From Bacteroidales bacterium (GTDB lineage Bacteria > Bacteroidota > Bacteroidia > Bacteroidales > WCHB1-69), in contig JAITUN010000325.1 of assembly GCA_031286285.1 (NCBI GenBank), forward strand, positions 1-61,123: 61,123 nucleotides of DNA. The letters are read 5' to 3'. Numbering within the stretch: position 1 is the stretch's first letter; each line of letters opens with the position of its first letter. The translations under genes were made by a program, and so were the position numbers. Below are positions 53,101-61,123 of the stretch, piece after piece. The notes under the pieces are model-generated. The model was given only the letters and a program-made list of their open reading frames with translations, was not told the DNA's origin and ran no database searches.

Positions 53101-55585
53101 AAAGACAAAGAAAACGCTCAAAGTAAAATGCAATACTTTTGGGCGTTTTTAATGTTTGTGGATTTTTTTTACCCATTTGCAAATAATATCGGTAAAATAT
53201 TCTTGCTGTAATCCCCCATCTCTTTAAAAACAGTTTTCGTCCATCGCGAATACTTTTTTTATTAATTTTTGTGGTTGAAATTTCCAAGAAATGATAAACA
53301 CGGCTCTCTGCAACGCCAATAAACCGCCTCACACCTGCCTGCCACAGTTTCATGGAGAAATCGGGGTCGGAATAGAACCCCGGAAAAAACTCTAGACTAT
53401 ACCCACCGACTTTTTCCCATAAACTTCGATGAAGCAAGTTGGGAGGCCACGAAGCGCCACTCCAGTCATCAAATGGAAGATCCTTATATTGTTGAAGTAA
53501 TTCGGATTCTTTAAAATTTTCCACAGATCTGCCAAAATCATAAGGTGCAATCGCTGTTTTTTTATTCACATCGCGTGGTTCAATAGAGGTGGCGGATAAA
53601 AAAAAGTTGTTATTTGGCTGTTTTTCAATAGCTTTCCATAAATAATAATCCCAATCGGGGCACACATACATATCATCATTCAAATAAACGATGTAATCTG
53701 TGCAAGCTAATGAAGCTGCTTTGTTCATGGCAAGAGAAACCCCCACATTAATTAACGAATAAGTATGACATAATCTATTTTGCTCCGCCCATTCACGACT
53801 GCCATCTGTTCCTTCATTGATGTGCAAAATAATTTGATGGGTAAAATGGCTGTTTGTTAAAATGCTGTTTACGCATAATTGCAACATTGCTAAATTGTTC
53901 CACGTAGGAATAATGATACTGAATTTACAAGAGGATTCTGTTGGATAGGTTTGTGAAATTATTTCTACTCTATTTTTTTCTTCCTCCTTAATATCCCGCC
54001 GACAAGGGAAAGGTACGGGCACGGTCCACATCAAAAAACAAATAAAAAAACAAAAAAAGTTTATACCAACAAAAGTCTCCCAATTAGCATCTCCTATATT
54101 TGCTACCATCATGCTTAAAAAAAATATCGTAATCAAAAATGGATTGTTTTTTCTTCCTTTAAAAAACACCCAAAATAAAACTCCTAGAATATATAATGCG
54201 CCGAATACTCCAAAGCGAATCAAATAATTAAGATATTGGTTATGTGAAGATTTAATATTTGATGGCTCTAATTTTGAATCTGTCTCTACAATTATCTCAT
54301 TATAAACTTTAGTATTATTTCCAAGCCCAATGCCGACCCAAACATTTTTGTTGATAATTTTAAAAGCTAAAAATGCTAACTCAATTCGTTGCGCTAAAGT
54401 TTTCCCATTAGGATTATGATCAATTTTATATCTATCCATCTCCCATATAGTTTCATAAATACGAGGATAAATTCCTAACTTATTTTCTGCATAAATATAA
54501 TTAGGAATCTCCTTTTCAATATTTTCAATATCGGTTTCAGAAAGTTTAGCAAAACCCTCAGCATCTTTTGTCAAGCCCTTACTAGTCATATATCTTATTA
54601 TCACACTGCTAAGTGGATATCCTTGAGATGTTCTACTTTTGTATAATTTACTACTATGAGCATTCCACAAAGGAATTAATTCTTTTTCACAAAGAAACAA
54701 TCCTATATAATTTCCATTTTCTTTGGTTTTATCTTTAAAATTATGATAATATTTATTCCCATTTGCAGTGTATCGCTCAATTTCGTCATAGCTATATTCA
54801 GTAACATTATAAAATTTCTTAACACAATGATATATATAATAGATGGGGAAAATTGATATAAAAAGAAATATTCCTAAAAAAACAAACTTTCGTATTCTAT
54901 TTTTTGTTTTGCTTAACAACATAAGCAAAGCAGTAAAAGTCATAACGCCAAAATAAAGATACCCGTTGAATGATTTAAGTGAAAATAAAGTAATGAATAA
55001 GAATATAATAAGGAATAACAAAAAAAATCTTTGAAATTTTGAGAATTTTCCATAGAAAATAAAATAGAAAACGATCCAAATTACAAAAGCAATTTGATAT
55101 GAAAAAGGAATGTGATCGACCCATGTGACCTTCCTAAAATCAAAAAAAAGAATCGTATCAATAAAAAACAATTTTATTAAAGCTACCCCTGCAGCAATAG
55201 AAACAACTAAAATATAAACCCAAAATAAACGATAAGTATTCTTGCTTGAAATGGGTGGTGAAGAACCTAATACAAAAGCAAAAATGAACCAGTAGAAACT
55301 TTTATTTAGTTCTTGCATCCCCATTGAAAAATTATGTGTAAAACAAAGTCCTATCAAATATAAAAAAGGAATGCTCATTAATAACAGGGCGCTTTTGTTG
55401 TTTATCAATCTTTTCCATTTTGTTCTATAATCTCCTGTAAGAATCCATCCAACAAGTAATGCAACAGCGGTAATACTTATTAAAGCAACAGAAGTAGGCA
55501 AAGCAACTAAAAATGCGCCCAATAAAAAAAGATTTAGATTTTCTTTCCAGTTAGCTATTAATGAATTACAATAATTTTTAACCAT
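53093..55585 (-). CDS. O-antigen ligase-like membrane domain fused to a C-terminal GT2 domain
   Basis: Multi-TM N-terminal part with R...W, G.G.G and SHNQYL...G..G; then FSIIIPTWNN, NEG.DG, YLNDDMY, G.YSDPDF..KLW. Confidence 0.8.
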   Translation of the reverse strand: MVKNYCNSLIANWKENLNLFLLGAFLVALPTSVALISITAVALLVGWILTGDYRTKWKRLINNKSALLLMSIPFLYLIGLCFTHNFSMGMQELNKSFYWFIFAFVLGSSPPISSKNTYRLFWVYILVVSIAAGVALIKLFFIDTILFFDFRKVTWVDHIPFSYQIAFVIWIVFYFIFYGKFSKFQRFFLLFLIIFLFITLFSLKSFNGYLYFGVMTFTALLMLLSKTKNRIRKFVFLGIFLFISIFPIYYIYHCVKKFYNVTEYSYDEIERYTANGNKYYHNFKDKTKENGNYIGLFLCEKELIPLWNAHSSKLYKSRTSQGYPLSSVIIRYMTSKGLTKDAEGFAKLSETDIENIEKEIPNYIYAENKLGIYPRIYETIWEMDRYKIDHNPNGKTLAQRIELAFLAFKIINKNVWVGIGLGNNTKVYNEIIVETDSKLEPSNIKSSHNQYLNYLIRFGVFGALYILGVLFWVFFKGRKNNPFLITIFFLSMMVANIGDANWETFVGINFFCFFICFLMWTVPVPFPCRRDIKEEEKNRVEIISQTYPTESSCKFSIIIPTWNNLAMLQLCVNSILTNSHFTHQIILHINEGTDGSREWAEQNRLCHTYSLINVGVSLAMNKAASLACTDYIVYLNDDMYVCPDWDYYLWKAIEKQPNNNFFLSATSIEPRDVNKKTAIAPYDFGRSVENFKESELLQQYKDLPFDDWSGASWPPNLLHRSLWEKVGGYSLEFFPGFYSDPDFSMKLWQAGVRRFIGVAESRVYHFLEISTTKINKKSIRDGRKLFLKRWGITARIFYRYYLQMGKKNPQTLKTPKSIAFYFERFLCLFK

Positions 55586-55618
55586 CAGTAGGATTTATAT
55601 CAATAGCGTAAAATAGTG

Positions 55619-56908
55619 TTAATTATTGTACAGATTTTTTAAATCGTACAGGGCTTTTAGGTATTGCGTTTCATGCACAATTTTTTGCGCTTTTGCAGCG
55701 TGCTCCATATTAAGGTCGCGCATAAGATCTGTCATGCTCATCGTGCCATTTTCAGTTTTTGTTTCCGATGCTTTGTAAATAGATTCACGCATACGAATAA
55801 TCTCGTCATCGGAACTTAAAATCTTTCTATACTGCTCTGCAATTGCATTTTGTTGTTTAGCTTGAATGGTTTGGTTTAACAAAAACAGTTTTCTGCTGAT
55901 CTCTATGCTACTGATATTATTTTCAATTATCTTTTTTTCATTTTTTATAGTGTAAAGATTTCCGAAACCCCAGTTGAGTTGTACGCCTCCTATAGCATAA
56001 AATTTCCCATTAGTATCAAACATATTTAAACCGGGTCGTGCAAACCCACCTTGCACAAAAAGTCCAATTTTCGGCATATTTTTCGATAAAATCTGCATAT
56101 TTTGAATTTTTTGAGCAGAGATTGAGGCATCAAAAAGTTTCAACTCAAAACGGTTATTAGTTTCTTGAGTTGTAACAACTTCGGGTTTTTGCAGCACAAT
56201 ATCGGGCGCTAAATTCTCTCCCATAAAAGCGCTTAGCATTGCCACAAAAGCCTCTCGCATGGTTGTAAGTTGTATAATACCCTGTTCGGCTGTGATCTGT
56301 TCCACTTTCACTGCATCTATATCCGATTCATTGGCAAACCCCAATTCTGCAAAACTGGTAACCTTATCCAAATTGCGCTGCAACTCTTTTAAATTTACTT
56401 TAAGCTGTTCTAATTGGCTGTCGTACAAGATAATGCCAAAAAAAAGGTCATTTACCCGTCCTCTGACAGCGTAAATATCCACTTCGTATTGTTTTCGTTG
56501 AACTTCGGTAGCCGCCTGAATTGTTTTCTTTGTTGAGCGTATTTGTCCGCCATCCCAAATAATCTGATTTAGTTGCAGATATGTTTGGTACTGGTCTTTA
56601 GGAACATCAATTTTCAAGTTGAGAGGAGGACCAACTTCAAATTTTGGCACATCGGTTTGCAAAGTGGCTTTCCCATACAGTTGCAACTGTGGAATCCATG
56701 CACGGGATATGTTTTGCAGATTGTATTTCTCGCTCAACTCAATCAACTCTAATTGTTGAATAAGCGGGTAGTTTTTTTCGGTTTTTTCGTAACATTCCGA
56801 TAGGGTTAAAGGTTGGGCGGAGAGCAAGAGGGGGAGAAAGGAGAAAGCGGAAAGCACGAAAACGCGAAAGCGCGAAAAAGGATTTGTTTTTAATGGGTAC
56901 ATGATCAA
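55619..56908 (-). CDS. TolC-family outer membrane efflux protein
   Basis: L..CY....NYPL, Q.IWDGG, PKIGLFVQGG..RPGLNM, C-terminal NGT...DL; -7 box at 56984-56991. Confidence 0.88.
   Translation of the reverse strand: MIMYPLKTNPFSRFRVFVLSAFSFLPLLLSAQPLTLSECYEKTEKNYPLIQQLELIELSEKYNLQNISRAWIPQLQLYGKATLQTDVPKFEVGPPLNLKIDVPKDQYQTYLQLNQIIWDGGQIRSTKKTIQAATEVQRKQYEVDIYAVRGRVNDLFFGIILYDSQLEQLKVNLKELQRNLDKVTSFAELGFANESDIDAVKVEQITAEQGIIQLTTMREAFVAMLSAFMGENLAPDIVLQKPEVVTTQETNNRFELKLFDASISAQKIQNMQILSKNMPKIGLFVQGGFARPGLNMFDTNGKFYAIGGVQLNWGFGNLYTIKNEKKIIENNISSIEISRKLFLLNQTIQAKQQNAIAEQYRKILSSDDEIIRMRESIYKASETKTENGTMSMTDLMRDLNMEHAAKAQKIVHETQYLKALYDLKNLYNN
56833..56877 (-). repeat. Three octamers plus three heptamers encoding most of the TolC signal peptide
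   Basis: Coding strand TTTCGCGC TTTCGCGT TTTCGTGC TTTCCGC TTTCTCC TTTCTCC. Confidence 0.7.
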
Positions 56909-57242
56909 AATTAATTAAAATAATCTCCACTCTATAAATTCTTTAACCTTGGATCTATACATTTTTTACCATGAATTTATTGGCAAAAATACATTTTTTA
57001 CCATAACGGTAATCTAATCTGCCGACTTAAACATATTCCTGAAATACTCTACCGGATTTTCGCTCTTGAGCCCTACTCTTTCACCATTATATATTATTAA
57101 TTCTCTTCTTAGTGAATTATTGTAAATATTTATTAATAACTTTCTCCAATGGCGACTCTTTGAAGAGTTCGCCTGAAAAGTAAAGATAAACGGCTATCCC
57201 AATAAAAACCACCAAACAAGCGATGATTAAAATCCAAAAAAA

Positions 57243-57380
57243 AACCTACACTTTAGATGGTTAACAATGACAATTAACACATTGTAGTCAGCAGAAAATC
57301 ATCTTAACAACAAAATTAACTTTGTTGAAATTGTTAATTAAGAACATTCATTCATTTATTCATTTGATAAAGTGTAGGTT
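57243..57380. repeat. 138-bp element bounded by a perfect 13-bp inverted repeat, with nested internal inverted repeats
   Basis: AACCTACACTTTA (57243-57255) / TAAAGTGTAGGTT (57368-57380); TTAACAAT (57261-68) / ATTGTTAA (57330-37); CAACAAA (57308-14) / TTTGTTG (57321-27). Confidence 0.75.
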
Positions 57381-57466
57381 CTAAATCTCAATAATTAAAC
57401 TCAAATTCTCAAATGAAATCAAACTCAAATTTTTTAAGAAACTTCCCACCATTTGAACAATTTATA

Positions 57467-58255
57467 TTACATATTTGCTGCTGCATTAGCCAACTTGGTT
57501 TGTAATTTTACAAACTTTGCTGCTTGTGCCGAAGAGAGATCGCCTCCTGCATTTCCTAATTTGTCTGCTAAAACCATTGCTTTTTCCATATATTCGGGAT
57601 ATTCTTCTAATGCGGACATATCGCCATTACTGGCTTTTTTCATCAGTGAAATATATTTATCTATGAAAGCTTCATAACTTTTGAGAATAGCATCCCAATC
57701 ATCGTCATTACTTGAAATACTTGAATCGTTTGTATCATCATCGTAAGAAGCATAACTTGAACTATTGCTTTTAGTACCTGTAAAATCTGCACGAACAATC
57801 TCAAAATTTGAGGTTCCTTTCATAATTTTCGCCTGAATATCTTTTTTTCTAAAATAATTCCATTCAAAAGAGACAATAACCGTTTTACCTACTTCGCTCT
57901 TTAAAAGACTTTTGATTTTATCCCAATCTCCCATAGTCGCTGGACTAAAATTAAGTCCTATATCTGGTATTGCCACTCCTGAATTGTCCAATGGAACTAA
58001 GTTCATATCTCCAATATGATCTCCTTTACTACCATTGTACTGTTTTATAAGTTCAAATTTTACAGCAATTGTAACTGTGCCGTCACCTGGCTTTAAGATA
58101 TAATCGCCATCTACTACTTTAATGTAGTTATCTGCTTCTCCTGAAATAGAGACATCAGATACGGTGATTGTTTTTTCTTTCAAACCGCCACAAGCGGTCA
58201 TCATCAAACAGATTGTCAATAAAACAAATGATAATCTTAAAATTTTATTCATCAT
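57467..58255 (-). CDS. Lipoprotein with C-terminal DUF6591-like helical domain
   Basis: Lipobox MTAC-GG; Ser/Asp linker; DWD..L.SYE.F.DKYI.L.KKA..GD.SAL..Y...M.KA...LS.AQ. Confidence 0.7.
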   Translation of the reverse strand: MMNKILRLSFVLLTICLMMTACGGLKEKTITVSDVSISGEADNYIKVVDGDYILKPGDGTVTIAVKFELIKQYNGSKGDHIGDMNLVPLDNSGVAIPDIGLNFSPATMGDWDKIKSLLKSEVGKTVIVSFEWNYFRKKDIQAKIMKGTSNFEIVRADFTGTKSNSSSYASYDDDTNDSSISSNDDDWDAILKSYEAFIDKYISLMKKASNGDMSALEEYPEYMEKAMVLADKLGNAGGDLSSAQAAKFVKLQTKLANAAANM

Positions 58256-58266
58256 ACTATTTTTGT

Positions 58267-58848
58267 TTAATAATTTAAACCTTCTGTTAATACTTGAAAA
58301 CCTGCAATTTTTTTGGCCGCTTCAATAGTTTTTTCTTTATCTACTTCAAAACTACCCTCTTCTGAAACACTCCCTGTAAATGTGAATTTTGCCGTTGAAC
58401 CGGGTTCACCCCTTAAAAAGTCAGCAAACCGAGAGCCATCGCTATCTCCCTCAGGTCTCATTGCTCCTTTGGAAGTGGAAATTAATTTTATACTATTTCC
58501 GTCTTCATCTAATGCAAGCAATTCAACAAAGGCTTGTTCTGTTGAATACTGTCCCAATTTTTTCGTAAAAGTTTTAACAATTTCAAATTCGGCTGTTATG
58601 TTAAGATAGTCACAATCGCCAAGTTTGATTTCTGTACTTCCACCATCAACCATTTTAAAATAGGCTTTATCTCTATTTCCTATTTTAAATTCAGAATAGT
58701 TAATTGTACCTAAAGAAGTGTTTTCAATCTTTGCTTCTTTTTTTATTTCTTCTTTAACATCTGTTTTTGAAGAATTTGAGCTACCACCACAAGCGGCCAT
58801 CAAACAGATTGTCAATAAAACAATTGATAGTTTAAATATTTTATTCAT
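58267..58848 (-). CDS. Lipoprotein, paralogue of the N-terminal domain of the downstream gene
   Basis: Lipobox MAAC-GG; shared motifs Y.K.VDG, LD..G..I, L..E.G. Confidence 0.75.
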   Translation of the reverse strand: MNKIFKLSIVLLTICLMAACGGSSNSSKTDVKEEIKKEAKIENTSLGTINYSEFKIGNRDKAYFKMVDGGSTEIKLGDCDYLNITAEFEIVKTFTKKLGQYSTEQAFVELLALDEDGNSIKLISTSKGAMRPEGDSDGSRFADFLRGEPGSTAKFTFTGSVSEEGSFEVDKEKTIEAAKKIAGFQVLTEGLNY

Positions 58849-59067
58849 TTTAAAAATTTAGTTTAACGTCTCGCTTCCTTTAAGCAGACAAAAATTAATA
58901 ATCCCGTTCTGATACGGCTTCACAGGTCTTGCCCGTTTTTGTATAAGGTTATCTTCTCCTTTCCGCATTTTTTTGGTAACAGTTACGATTCTGTCTTATT
59001 ATTTTGTGGCGGTTTTTTCCGTCGTCGAATTTTCAGAATGTGGTAAAAAAATAGTGTAGAGTCCTAC

Positions 59068-60096
59068 TTATAATTTTAATTTTATTTCTTCATCAAACAT
59101 ATCGGCTAATTCATAATATGCTCTAAAAGTTTGGTTTTTTTCAGGGCGTGGGTAAGGTTCTTGAAACTTAATTACCCTATCAGACAGAATAAACACTAAT
59201 TTTTCATCGGCAGGAAACCCTTTTGTTTCCCAATCAGCCAACTCTACATATTTTTTTACTTTAGCTTTGACAGATTCATCATATTGATCACTCATTATGA
59301 ATTCATAATAATTTTCTTTGAAGTTAAATCCAAAAAGTTCATCAATAGTAAACAAACATTCCATTTCACCACCACCACCTTTTCTAAGAGCAAGAAATAA
59401 AGGTTTTTGAAAATTTTTATACTCGTTAGGACATTCATAAACATGAGAGTTCATAACTAAGTTATAACTGTTACCTGCAGGTACTGAAAAGACTTCTTTT
59501 TCGTAAAATTTCATGATATCTTTTATATTAGTTAAAAAATTATAATAGTCTGTCATCAATTCATTGTCTAATGAATTATCTTTCTTGGTTTTAACAGAGT
59601 GTTGAAAAGCATTAATAATTTCATTCCAAGTAATTGAAATTGTTTTACTATCCGTTGTAAAACTCTTGTGTTTTGTCAAGGTAATTAAAACAACATGTTC
59701 ACCAAATTCTTTTAATTCTTCAAAAGCATTTTTATCTTGATAATTGTCAACTTGCTTACCTGCTTTTTCTGACGATGTTCCTTTATTTATACTTTTTGCT
59801 TCAATTAGAAATGCTTTATACGGTCCTTCATTCGAATATAATCTCAAAACAATGTCTGCTCTATATTTTGGCTCTCCAATTGATGTCAATTCGCAATTTA
59901 CTATTGTCCTGACTATCTTATCAAAATCAATTTTGATCCCTTTTTCAGATAATAGTTTGAAAAATAATTTTAATGATGTATCCGATTTTGACAGCAAAAG
60001 TCCTAAACCTTTAGTTTGCTGCGGTTCTAAGTTTCCTGAAATTAAATCAAAAAAATTAGATTGAAATTTATTGTATAAACGAAATTCTTTTTTCAT
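59068..60096 (-). CDS. PD-(D/E)XK nuclease-like protein with uncharacterised C-terminal domain
   Basis: E...T..L..LL, RADIV...LIEAK...Q...Y and ITW..I in the N-terminal ~195 aa. Confidence 0.65.
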   Translation of the reverse strand: MKKEFRLYNKFQSNFFDLISGNLEPQQTKGLGLLLSKSDTSLKLFFKLLSEKGIKIDFDKIVRTIVNCELTSIGEPKYRADIVLRLYSNEGPYKAFLIEAKSINKGTSSEKAGKQVDNYQDKNAFEELKEFGEHVVLITLTKHKSFTTDSKTISITWNEIINAFQHSVKTKKDNSLDNELMTDYYNFLTNIKDIMKFYEKEVFSVPAGNSYNLVMNSHVYECPNEYKNFQKPLFLALRKGGGGEMECLFTIDELFGFNFKENYYEFIMSDQYDESVKAKVKKYVELADWETKGFPADEKLVFILSDRVIKFQEPYPRPEKNQTFRAYYELADMFDEEIKLKL

Positions 60097-60191
60097 GACC
60101 TGTTTTAAAACAACCTAAAATAGTTTTTTGGTTAATAATATAATGACGTTGCAAATAAACAATAAAAACAATTTAAAATCAATGTTTTATA

Positions 60192-60228
60192 GGGGAAATG
60201 TTGCCCACTTTCGGGGGAGAAGTTGCCC
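60192..60228. promoter_or_regulatory. Paired 15-bp direct repeats (22-bp period), putative operator upstream of the nuclease gene
   Basis: GGGGAAATGTTGCCC (60192-60206) and GGGGAGAAGTTGCCC (60214-60228): GC-rich, pseudo-palindromic, in an AT-rich spacer. Confidence 0.5.
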
Positions 60229-60232
60229 TGTT

Positions 60233-60305
60233 TTTTTAAATTTTTAAATCTACTAAGGTTATAATGTATTAAATAAGGTTTTTTAAATTTTTAAATTTTT
60301 AAATC
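60233..60305. repeat. Two blocks of the octamer tandem TTTTTAAA
   Basis: (TTTTTAAA)2TCT near 60233-60251 and (TTTTTAAA)3TC near 60280-60305. Confidence 0.55.
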
Positions 60306-60309
60306 TGGG

Positions 60310-60519
60310 TTATAGTAACTTCGAATAACAAGAAAAGAAATCAAATTTCATCGCTTTAGAGATATCCAACAGGAGTTTGGTATCTATAGAGGGTTTCTTC
60401 AAGAGTTTACACAGGCTGCTTCGGTCGTGGTACACCTTGCCTGCCAACCACGTAATAGATCGTTTATCTTTTGCCAACTCTTCACGAATAATATCACCAA
60501 TATGAATTACACGGTTCAT
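60310..60519 (-). CDS. Small XRE/Cro-like HTH protein
   Basis: IHIG..I.EEL....RS..WLA.K......L..L.K.SIDT.LL..IS..M..DFF..YS, the pattern of a Bacteroidales XRE family. Confidence 0.8.
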   Translation of the reverse strand: MNRVIHIGDIIREELAKDKRSITWLAGKVYHDRSSLCKLLKKPSIDTKLLLDISKAMKFDFFSCYSKLL

Positions 60520-60536
60520 TTTTTTCAAACTTTTCG

Positions 60537-60609
60537 CAAAAATATTTCGTTTTCTTTTTTTAGGGCAAAAACTGCACGAACGGTAGAATTTTTGTCATGA
60601 ATGGTAAAA
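60537..60609 (-). promoter_or_regulatory. Consensus Bacteroidota promoter (TTTG-N21-TATTTTTG) with upstream LytTR-like direct repeats
   Basis: -7 box 60537-60544, -33 TTTG 60566-60569; minus-strand ACCATTCAT and ACCGTTCGT with a 21-bp period (60575-60609). Confidence 0.6.
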
Positions 60610-60784
60610 AGGGATTAAATTGCAAATTTTACCCCAAATTGTACAAAATCTCAAAAAAACTGCGCTAATTTGTGAAAAACTGCAGAAAAAACAGATAAAT
60701 TGCATTTTTTAACACGTTGATTATTAGAAAAATAATTTCAAAAAAAAAGGGGGCATATCGAAATAATTTTATTTTTGCCGCACG

Positions 60785-60808
60785 TTACGAATTACGAATT
60801 ACGAATTA
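60785..60808 (+). repeat. Heptamer tandem (TTACGAA)x3 in a 5' UTR
   Basis: TTACGAATTACGAATTACGAATTA directly after the -7 box TATTTTTG (60770-60777). Confidence 0.8.
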
Positions 60809-60839
60809 AACTCTAAACCTTAATAAAACAAGAAATAAT

Positions 60840-61123
60840 ATGAAAAAAGAAAAAGAACTTTCGTGGGCAGAAATCAAAGCGATGTTTGCCGAAACCGACA
60901 AACAGTTTAAAGAAACTGACAGACGGTTTAAAGAAACCGACAAAAAAGTTGATAAGATGTGCGAAAGAATAGACCGACTTGGAGAGCATCTGGGCGGAAT
61001 ATCTAACAGCAACGGGGATATGGCTGAAGAGTATTTTTTCAACACCCTAAATAGAGACAAAAAATTTGCGAATGAAACTTTTGATAGAATGAAACGAAAT
61101 GTTTCCTACGATGAAAATGACGA
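60840..61123 (+). CDS. Coiled-coil (heptad-repeat) protein of the DUF3782-like/PD-(D/E)XK-associated type, partial
   Basis: Not in the ORF track because it is open at the window end: MKKEKELSWAEIKAMFAETDKQFKETDRRFKETDKK...LGGISNSNGDMAEEYFFNTL; contains 21-bp tandem repeats. Confidence 0.75.
   Translation, partial: MKKEKELSWAEIKAMFAETDKQFKETDRRFKETDKKVDKMCERIDRLGEHLGGISNSNGDMAEEYFFNTLNRDKKFANETFDRMKRNVSYDEND

Noticed and set aside
57117-57245. Hydrophobic small ORF phase-varied by the A9 tract
   Set aside because: In-frame TAG just upstream, and shifting by one base either way gives no convincing start; treated as a remnant.
58860-59065. Possible ncRNA or riboswitch upstream of the lipoproteins
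   Set aside because: Slightly GC-richer spacer but no recognisable motif or convincing stem; needs an Rfam/Infernal search.
60806-61060. 84-aa minus-strand ORF
   Set aside because: Antisense to the better supported plus-strand coiled-coil gene starting at 60840.

Overview
AT-rich chromosomal region of an anaerobic Bacteroidales-type (Bacteroidota) bacterium, judged from TAnnTTTG -7 promoter boxes, T9SS C-terminal domains, HydF and lysine 5,6-aminomutase. Most of the window is housekeeping or envelope genes: an AddB-like nuclease, hydF, lpxK, surA-moxR-tatD, tRNA-Ser-exbB-X-exbD-exbD, rpsO-pnp, mlaEF, a glycosylation block with gmd-fcl, purMN, mutS2, ligA, kamD, gap, an O-antigen ligase/GT2 fusion and tolC. 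A cluster of four T9SS metalloproteases surrounds a TonB-dependent receptor. An accessory right end carries lipoprotein paralogues, a PD-(D/E)XK nuclease, an HTH protein and a coiled-coil nuclease-like gene. I saw no CRISPR array, rRNA, integrase or transposase. The main unexplained signal is a set of short 7/8/9-mer tandem and palindromic repeats that lie in frame inside genes. They include a 90-bp hairpin in hydF, a solo arm of it in the AddB-like gene, repeat-built N-termini or signal peptides (TolC, TSCPD protein, LpxK), and a different heptamer tract at the same loop of all five type A T9SS CTDs. All family calls come from motif recognition by eye; no database search was run.
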